Shown one piece after another: positions 58,080 through 64,000 of a stretch of DNA of 64,000 bases. The stretch's first letter is position 1. The number at the start of each line of letters is the position of its first letter. Position numbers and translations under genes: made by a program. A model generated the notes under the pieces. That model did no database searches, was not told the origin of the DNA, and was given only the letters and a program-made list of their open reading frames with translations. The stretch covers positions 2,855,900-2,919,899 of the forward strand of contig OY970373.1 in NCBI GenBank assembly GCA_963718645.1. Direction: 5' to 3'. This DNA is from an uncultured Acidobacteriota bacterium. GTDB lineage: Bacteria; Acidobacteriota; Thermoanaerobaculia; Multivoradales; UBA5704.

Positions 58080-59267
58080 ATGAGCTCTGAGCAGATACCC
58101 GCGCCGGAGCCGCCCCTGTGGCGGCGCATCTGGAGCCCTCCCGAGGCGGAGGTCTCGTCGGTCGGCTATGGCGGCGAGATGCTGGTCGCCAGCGTGCGCC
58201 TGGCGATCGTCTTCGCCCTCCTCTACTTTCCCATCCACGAGCTGCGGCTGAAGCGCGGCAGCTTCGATCCGTTGGCGCTGCTGACCACGGCGACGGTCGG
58301 GCTGGTGCTGGCGCTCGCCATCTACTCCGCCACCAACCGGAGCTGGGGGCGGAGCTGGATCGGCTTCGTCAGCGGCGTCCTCGACGTCAGCCTGGTGAGC
58401 GCCATGCTCGGCGTCTTCCTGGTCCTCGACCGGCCGCTGGAGGCGACCAACAACCTCGCCATCTACCCCATCTATTTCCTGGCCATCGCCGCCACCAGCC
58501 TGCGCTACGACGCGCGGATCTGCATCGTCACCGGCGCGCTGGCGCTCGTCGAGTACGCCGCCCTGATCGCCTACGCCGACTGGCGCTGGCACCTGCACGC
58601 CCTCACCTTCGCCCCGCTCGCGCAGCTCGCCGGCGCCACCCTGGTGGCGGCGACGATCGTGGTCCGCGCCCGCGAGCTGCGGCTGCTCTCCACCCGCGAC
58701 CGCTTCACCGGCCTGCTCAACCGCGCCGTGTTCAACGAGCAGCTCGAGCGCGAGGTGGCCTTCGCCCGCCGCGAGGACGGCCGCTTCGCCGTCGCCATGC
58801 TCGACATCGACCACTTCAAGAAGTTCAACGACACCTACGGCCACGCCGGCGGCGACCAGGCCCTGCGGGTGGTGGCGAAGATCCTGCGCGACACCTGCCG
58901 CTCGACCGACGTGGTGGCCCGCTACGGCGGCGAGGAGTTCGCGCTGATCCTCCCCGGCGTGATGAGCGGCCGCGCCACCGATCTGCTGGAGCGCTTCCGG
59001 CGGGTGATCGCGATCAAGCCGATCCACCTGCCGAACCGCCCGCAGCCGGCGAGCGTGACGGTGAGCATCGGCGTCGCCATCTGGCCGGACGACGGCGACA
59101 ACCCCGCCGAGATCCTGCGCTGCGCCGACCAGCGCCTCTACCAGGCCAAGGAGCAGGGGCGCGACCGCGTCGTCGGCCCCACTCCGCACCACCTCCCGCG
59201 CCCACCCGGGGAGGGCCCGCGGGCGACCGGGGAGATGCGGCTGCCGGTGCTGCCGCCGGTGCCGTGA
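58080..59267 (+). CDS. membrane-associated GGDEF-domain diguanylate cyclase
   Basis: The N-terminal multi-TM sensor region precedes RFTGLLNR...MLDIDHFKKFNDTYGHAGGDQAL...RYGGEEFALIL (GGEEF). Confidence 0.85.
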   Translation: MSSEQIPAPEPPLWRRIWSPPEAEVSSVGYGGEMLVASVRLAIVFALLYFPIHELRLKRGSFDPLALLTTATVGLVLALAIYSATNRSWGRSWIGFVSGVLDVSLVSAMLGVFLVLDRPLEATNNLAIYPIYFLAIAATSLRYDARICIVTGALALVEYAALIAYADWRWHLHALTFAPLAQLAGATLVAATIVVRARELRLLSTRDRFTGLLNRAVFNEQLEREVAFARREDGRFAVAMLDIDHFKKFNDTYGHAGGDQALRVVAKILRDTCRSTDVVARYGGEEFALILPGVMSGRATDLLERFRRVIAIKPIHLPNRPQPASVTVSIGVAIWPDDGDNPAEILRCADQRLYQAKEQGRDRVVGPTPHHLPRPPGEGPRATGEMRLPVLPPVP

Positions 59268-59400
59268 AAAAGGAACACGGACGAACACGAACCTGCACGG
59301 ACGAACACGGACACAGAAAAAAATCCCCCAGGGTTGGCCGCTGGGGCCCTTCGTGTTCGTCCGTGTTAGTCCGTGTCCGTCCGTGTTCCTTTGTCCTTTT
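59268..59400. repeat. CACGGAC-type REP-like palindromic element, copy d (A-run / long hairpin / T-run, bidirectional-terminator-like)
   Basis: aaaaaggaacacggacgaacacgaacctgcacggacgaacacggacacag ... cccccagggttggccgctggggc ... gtgttcgtccgtgttagtccgtgtccgtccgtgttcctttgtcctttt lies between convergent genes. Confidence 0.6.
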
Positions 59401-59401
59401 C

Positions 59402-60454
59402 CTACCCCAGGCTCGCCTGGAGCTGCTCCAGCGTCTGGCGCACCCGCTCCAGTTGCTCGCCCTGGCTGTTGTTGCGCATGAAATCGACGTACTCGCGCGC
59501 CGAGCGGAGGGTGATCAGCCGCTGGCGGTAGGTGTCGAGGCGGCGGTTGGCCTCGGCGACCCGCGCCTCCAGCGCGGGGTGGGCGAGCCGCTCGACGATG
59601 GCGGGGAGCGCTTCCAGGGTGTGGCAGACGAGCAGCACGTCGCAGCCGGCGGCGAGGGCGATCTCGCAGCGCTCGGGGAGGTCCCCCCACTCGTCGAGCG
59701 CCTTCATCTCCATGTCGTCGCTGAAAGCCACGCCGTCGAAGCCGAGGCGGCCGCGCAGGATGCCGCCGATCACCGACGGCGAGAGCGTCGCCGGCCGCAT
59801 CGACAAGTCGTAGGCGGGATAGAGCGCGTGGCCGACCATCACCGCCCCCGCCAAGCGGCCGAGGGCGGCGAACGGCTCCAGGTCCGCCCGCAGCTCCTCG
59901 GCGGGGAGGTAGACGGCGGACCTCTGGAAGTGGGTGTCCTCCCCCGCCGCGCCGAGGCCGGGGAAGTGCTTGAGGCAACCCCCCGCGCCGCCGGAGTGCA
60001 GGCCGCTCAGAAACGCCTGGGCCCGCGGGATGACCTCCTTCGGGGTGGCGCCGAAGGTGCGCTCGTCGAGGGCGTTGCCGGCGATCCCGCGGTCGAGGTC
60101 GACGACCGGCGCGAGGTCGAGGTCGATGTCGAACAGCCGCAGCGACTGCGCCACCCAGCGCCCGGCCTGGAGCGCATAGCTCGGCGGCTTCCTCGCCAGC
60201 GCCGCCGCCGCGGGCGCCGGCCCCACGATCTCCTTCAGCCGGTCGACCCGCCCCCCCTCGGCGTCGATCCCCACCACCGCGTCCGGGAGGATGCGGCGCA
60301 GGGCCGTCATCAGGCGGTTGAGCTGGTGCTCGTCCTGAAGGTTGCGCTTGAACAGGATCACGCCGCCGGGCTGATGGGCGGCCAGGATCTCGGCGGAAAC
60401 CTTGTCGAGCTCGGGACCGGGAAGGCCCACGAAGACCTGATCGGCTGGCTGCAT
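59402..60454 (-). CDS. nagZ: beta-N-acetylhexosaminidase (GH3, NagZ-like)
   Basis: GH3 NagZ signatures: KHFPGLG and VMVGHALYP...FSDDMEMKAL. Confidence 0.8.
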   Translation of the reverse strand: MQPADQVFVGLPGPELDKVSAEILAAHQPGGVILFKRNLQDEHQLNRLMTALRRILPDAVVGIDAEGGRVDRLKEIVGPAPAAAALARKPPSYALQAGRWVAQSLRLFDIDLDLAPVVDLDRGIAGNALDERTFGATPKEVIPRAQAFLSGLHSGGAGGCLKHFPGLGAAGEDTHFQRSAVYLPAEELRADLEPFAALGRLAGAVMVGHALYPAYDLSMRPATLSPSVIGGILRGRLGFDGVAFSDDMEMKALDEWGDLPERCEIALAAGCDVLLVCHTLEALPAIVERLAHPALEARVAEANRRLDTYRQRLITLRSAREYVDFMRNNSQGEQLERVRQTLEQLQASLG

Positions 60455-60479
60455 GGGCGGGATCTTATCGGAGTCGGGC

Positions 60480-63131
60480 CTACCCCAGCCGCGATTTCAG
60501 GCTGTGGATCAGGTTCAGCGCCGCCAGCGGCGTCAACTGGTCGGCGTCGACGCTGCGCAGCACTCCGGCCACCACCTGCTCGGGGGGCGCGAAGAGAGTG
60601 AGCTGGGCGGGCTGGCCGTTCTCCGGAGCGTTGCCGCGGGCCAGGCGGGGCTTGCCGGTGGGGTCGTACTCGGCCGATTCGAGGTTCGCCAGGATCTCCC
60701 CGGCGCGGTCGATCACCGCCGGCGGCAGCCCGGCGAGGCGCGCCACGTGGAGGCCGTAGGACTTGTCGGCGCTCCCCGGCACGACGCGGCGGAGGAAGAC
60801 GATCCGCTCGTCCCACTCCTTCACCGCCATCGTCCGGTTGACCACGCGCGGCAGCAGCGAGGCGAGCTCGGTCAGCTCGTGGTAGTGGGTGGCGAACAGC
60901 GTCTTCGGCCGCCGGTGCTCGTGCAGGTACTCGACGATCGCCCAGGCGAGCGACAGGCCGTCGAAGGTCGCCGTGCCGCGGCCGACCTCGTCGAGGACCA
61001 CCAGGCTGCGCTCGGTGGCGTGGCGCAGGATGTTGGCGGTCTCGATCATCTCCACCATGAAGGTCGACTCGCCGCGGGCCAAGTCGTCGGAGGCGCCGAC
61101 GCGGGTGAAGATGCGGTCGCAGACGCCGATCACCGCCTCGTCGGCCGGCACGAAGCTGCCCGCCTGCGCCATCAGGACGATCAGCGCCACCTGCCGCAGG
61201 TAGGTCGACTTGCCCCCCATGTTCGGACCGGTCAGCAGGACGATCTGCGCCACCTCGCCGTCGAGCTCGGCGTCGTTGGGCACGAAGGCGTCGCGGCTCG
61301 CCTGCTCGACCACCGGGTGGCGACCCTCGCGGATGACGACGGGCGCGCCGGCCAACCCCATCTTCGGGCGCGTGTAGCGCTGGCGGGCCGCCACCTCGGC
61401 GAAAGAGGCGAGGGTGTCGAGGGCGCCGATCGCCCTGGCCAGCTCGATCAGACCGGCGGACTCGGCGGCGATCCTCGACGTCAGCTCGCGGAAGAAGCGC
61501 TGCTCGAGCTCCACCTGCCGCTCCTCGGCGGAGAGGATCTGCTCCTCCAGCTCCTTGATCTCGGGGGTCACGTAGCGCTCGGCGTTGACCAGCGTCTGCT
61601 TGCGGATGTAGTCCGCCGGCACCCGCTCCTGGTTGGCGCGGGTGACCTCCAGGTAGTAGCCGAAGACCCGGTTGTAGCGGATCTTCAGCGAGGAGATGCC
61701 GGTGCGCTCGCGCTCGCGCACCTCCAGCGCCAGGATGTGCCGCTTGCTGTCGCGGGTCAGCGAGCGGTAGCGGTCGAGGTCGGCGTCGACGCCGGCGGCG
61801 ATCACCCCGCCGTCCTGGAGGTTGGGCGCCGGCGCCGCCTCCAGCATCCGCGCCAGCTCGGCGGCCAGCTCGGGGAGCGGATCGGTCGCGGCGAGGCTCG
61901 CCAGGAGAGCGGACTCAGCCCTGGCGATCGCCGCCAGCTCGTCGAGGATCGCCGGCGCTTCGGCCAGCGAGTCGCGCAGGGCCGCGGCCTCGCGGGGGTT
62001 GAGGGTGCCGAGGACGGCGCGGGCCACCAGCCGCTCGGGGTCCGCGACGCGCGCCAGGCGCTCGCGCAGCCGCTCGCGCCGCGGGTTGTCAGCCACCAGC
62101 GCGCCGACCGCGCGGTGGCGCTCGGCGATCTCCTGGGGATCGACGAGCGGCCGGCGGAGCCATTCGCGCAGCGTGCGGCCGCCGGGGGCGGTGACGGTGC
62201 GGTCGAGCACGGCGAGGAGCGTGCTCCGCTTCCGCCCCGAGCCCGCGACGGTCGCGCGCTGGCTGGCGAAGACCTCCAGGTTGGCGAGGGTCGAGGCGTC
62301 GAGCACCAGGCGGTCGCCGGCCTCGCGCACGGCGAGACCGCGGATGTGGGCGAGGCCGCTCTTCTGCGTCTCCTGGGCGTAGGCGAGGGCCGCCGCCGCC
62401 GCCTTCACCGCCGGCTCCCCCTCGTCCAAGCCGAAACCGCGCAGGGTGCCGGCGCCGAACTGGCGCAGCAGCAGCTCCCCCGCCCGCTGCGGCTCGAACA
62501 GGCGGTCGCCGGCGAGCGGCGTGCGGCAGGGGCACTCGCGCTCGGCCCACTCGACGATCTCGACCGGGAACCCCGCCTCGCCCCGTTCGGCGTGGAACAG
62601 CACCTCGCGCGGCCGGAGCAGGGCGAGATCCTCCACCGCCTCCTCGGGGCTCCGCCAGCGGCGGACGAAGAAGGTGCCGGTCGAGAGGTCGAGGAACGCC
62701 CCCGCCCCCGCCTCGCGCTCCCAAACCAGACCGGCGAGGAAGTTCTCCTCCTTGCCGTCGAGCAGCGCCGGGTCGGAGACCGTGCCGGGGGTGACGACGC
62801 GCGTCACCTCGCGCTTGACCAGCCCCTTGGCCTGCGCCGGATCCTCCACCTGGTCGCAGATCGCCACCTTGAGCCCGGTGGCGAGGAGCTTGGCGAGGTA
62901 CCCCTCCAGCGCGTGATGGGGGACCCCGCACATCGGCACCTCGCTCTCCGTCCCCTTGTGGCGAGCGGTGAGCTGGACCTCCAGGATCGGCGCCGCCTGG
63001 CGGGCGTCGTCGAAGAACATCTCGTAGAAATCGCCCATGCGGTACATCAGCAGGGCGTCGGGGTGCTGCGCCTTGACCTCCAGGTACTGGCGCATCATCG
63101 GCGTCAGGGTGGTGACGGGGAGAATCGACAT
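60480..63131 (-). CDS. mutS: DNA mismatch repair protein MutS
   Basis: Start at internal ATG 63131 (MSILPVTTLTPMMRQYLEVKAQHPDALLMYRMGDFYEMFFDDA). Walker A GPNMGGKSTYLRQ and the C-terminal HTH region are present; 883 aa. The ORF-track extension to 63806 is antisense to tsaB. Confidence 0.9.
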   Translation of the reverse strand: MSILPVTTLTPMMRQYLEVKAQHPDALLMYRMGDFYEMFFDDARQAAPILEVQLTARHKGTESEVPMCGVPHHALEGYLAKLLATGLKVAICDQVEDPAQAKGLVKREVTRVVTPGTVSDPALLDGKEENFLAGLVWEREAGAGAFLDLSTGTFFVRRWRSPEEAVEDLALLRPREVLFHAERGEAGFPVEIVEWAERECPCRTPLAGDRLFEPQRAGELLLRQFGAGTLRGFGLDEGEPAVKAAAAALAYAQETQKSGLAHIRGLAVREAGDRLVLDASTLANLEVFASQRATVAGSGRKRSTLLAVLDRTVTAPGGRTLREWLRRPLVDPQEIAERHRAVGALVADNPRRERLRERLARVADPERLVARAVLGTLNPREAAALRDSLAEAPAILDELAAIARAESALLASLAATDPLPELAAELARMLEAAPAPNLQDGGVIAAGVDADLDRYRSLTRDSKRHILALEVRERERTGISSLKIRYNRVFGYYLEVTRANQERVPADYIRKQTLVNAERYVTPEIKELEEQILSAEERQVELEQRFFRELTSRIAAESAGLIELARAIGALDTLASFAEVAARQRYTRPKMGLAGAPVVIREGRHPVVEQASRDAFVPNDAELDGEVAQIVLLTGPNMGGKSTYLRQVALIVLMAQAGSFVPADEAVIGVCDRIFTRVGASDDLARGESTFMVEMIETANILRHATERSLVVLDEVGRGTATFDGLSLAWAIVEYLHEHRRPKTLFATHYHELTELASLLPRVVNRTMAVKEWDERIVFLRRVVPGSADKSYGLHVARLAGLPPAVIDRAGEILANLESAEYDPTGKPRLARGNAPENGQPAQLTLFAPPEQVVAGVLRSVDADQLTPLAALNLIHSLKSRLG

Positions 63132-63237
63132 GCGGAGGGGAGTATAGCGTCGCGGAAAGACGAAAAAAGACCGAGCCCGCCCGCGCGTCCGGGCCGCGGC
63201 TTGGAATCCGCCGATCGCGAAAGGATATATTCCCGGC

Positions 63238-63933
63238 ATGGCCGCGACCTTCCTCGCCCTCGACACCGGTTCCCCGCGGGTCAGCGTGGCGCTGGCGCGG
63301 GACGGCGCGCTGGTGGCGTCGCGGTGGGTCGAGCAGGAGCGCTCCTCGGCGCGGCTGCTGGCGATGATCCGGGAGGTGCTCGACGAGGCGGGGATCGGCG
63401 TCGCCGGCCTCGGCGGGATCGACGGCATCGCGGTCCTGCGCGGGCCGGGGAGCTTCACCGGCCTGCGGATCGGCCTCGCCACCGTGCTCGGCCTCCACCA
63501 GGCGACGGGCGTGCGCGCGACGGCGATCCCCACCCTGCCGGTGCTGGCCGTCGCGGCCGCCGGTGAGGCCCCGCTGGCGCCGATCGTGATCGCCGCCGTC
63601 GACGCCCTGCGCGGCGACTGGAGCGCCCAGGCTTTCGCCGCCGGACGTCCATTGACCGGCATGGAGCTGGTCGCCGGCCCCGAGTTGCAGCGGCTGGCCC
63701 GTGGCGGTGCCGCGGTGGTGATCGGCTTCGGGGCCTCGCGGCTGGCGGCGCTGCCGGACTGGCCGGCGGCGATCCGCCTGATCGAGCCCGGTCCGCTGGC
63801 GCCCACCGCCGCCCTGCTCGCCGCCAGCCCTGAGACCGACTGGGACCCCGCTCACCTCACCACCGCCATCTACTCGCGCCCGCCGGCGATCACCCTCCCC
63901 CGCCCGCGCGCCGCGCCGACCTCCGCGCCGTGA
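63238..63933 (+). CDS. tsaB: tRNA threonylcarbamoyladenosine biosynthesis protein TsaB (YeaZ)
   Basis: FLALDTGSPRVSVALARDG...VLRGPGSFTGLRIGLATVLGL. Confidence 0.8.
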   Translation: MAATFLALDTGSPRVSVALARDGALVASRWVEQERSSARLLAMIREVLDEAGIGVAGLGGIDGIAVLRGPGSFTGLRIGLATVLGLHQATGVRATAIPTLPVLAVAAAGEAPLAPIVIAAVDALRGDWSAQAFAAGRPLTGMELVAGPELQRLARGGAAVVIGFGASRLAALPDWPAAIRLIEPGPLAPTAALLAASPETDWDPAHLTTAIYSRPPAITLPRPRAAPTSAP

Positions 63934-64000
63934 CGGCTCCGGCTCCCACCCTCTGCGTCCGCCCCGCCCGCCAGGGGGACCTCGACGTGATCGCCGGCCT
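63930..64000 (+). CDS. rimI: ribosomal-protein-alanine N-acetyltransferase RimI-like, 3'-truncated at the window end
   Basis: GTG overlapping the tsaB stop (GTGA). VTAPAPTLCVRPARQGDLDVIAGL resembles the RimI N-terminus, and rimI commonly follows tsaB. Confidence 0.4.
   Translation, partial: MTAPAPTLCVRPARQGDLDVIAG

Noticed and set aside
57045-59978. 977-aa minus-strand ORF
   Set aside because: It is antisense to the BNR-repeat and GGDEF genes. The translation is Arg/Gly/Pro low-complexity with no motifs.
63132-63806. N-terminal 225-aa extension of the mutS ORF
   Set aside because: It is antisense to tsaB and has low-complexity translation. MutS homology begins at MSILPVTTLTPMMRQY.

Overview
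This is a high-GC (roughly 65-70%) Gram-negative chromosomal segment, most likely from an Acidobacteriota-like organism. Evidence for that: an ADOP-type duplicated FtsX permease, a FadL-type outer-membrane protein, many lipoproteins, a futalosine-pathway Mqn enzyme and a class I FbaB aldolase. The first ~15 kb look like an integrated mobile element. It opens with a clearly lower-GC cargo block at 1-4100: a 5'-truncated NB-ARC-like STAND NTPase with a helical-repeat C-terminus, a uridine-kinase-like P-loop protein, an SDR, and a membrane-anchored protein. A large serine recombinase with a translationally coupled small ORF follows. Next come a RuvC-family resolvase, a CHC2 zinc-finger primase-like protein, several HTH regulators, a possible XRE+toxin pair, and two tandem paralogous HTH(XRE)-TPR regulators of about 490 aa. 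Each of those regulators has a divergently transcribed small ORF: a zf-HC2 mini-protein, and a signal-peptide-bearing peptide with two GCSIDPxG(x)xC repeats. This looks like an RRNPP/AimR-type peptide-sensing module in a Gram-negative element and is the most interesting candidate for an undescribed system. The remaining ~49 kb are ordinary chromosome. They contain an aconitase-family enzyme, a Nudix-MBL fusion, an ADOP permease, a cytochrome c, a patatin, an Uma2 nuclease, fbaB, a UPF0175/DUF3368 TA pair, HAD and Mqn enzymes, a FAD oxidase, a rhodanese, STAS+NarL regulators, a CoA-transferase, a PIG-L deacetylase, PBP1A, the rpsF-rpsR-rplI operon (no ssb inside it), pth, L25/Ctc, prs, tRNA-Gln, spoVG, a TPR protein, an MshEN-domain candidate c-di-GMP receptor, HU/IHF, an M50 protease, dtd, ssb, a BNR-repeat protein, a GGDEF cyclase, nagZ, mutS, tsaB and the start of rimI. 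Two families of REP-like palindromic repeats (built on CACGGAC and on GGGAGAAGAGGG) sit at convergent gene junctions. Many long ORFs in the six-frame track are high-GC antisense or alternate-frame artefacts and were rejected.
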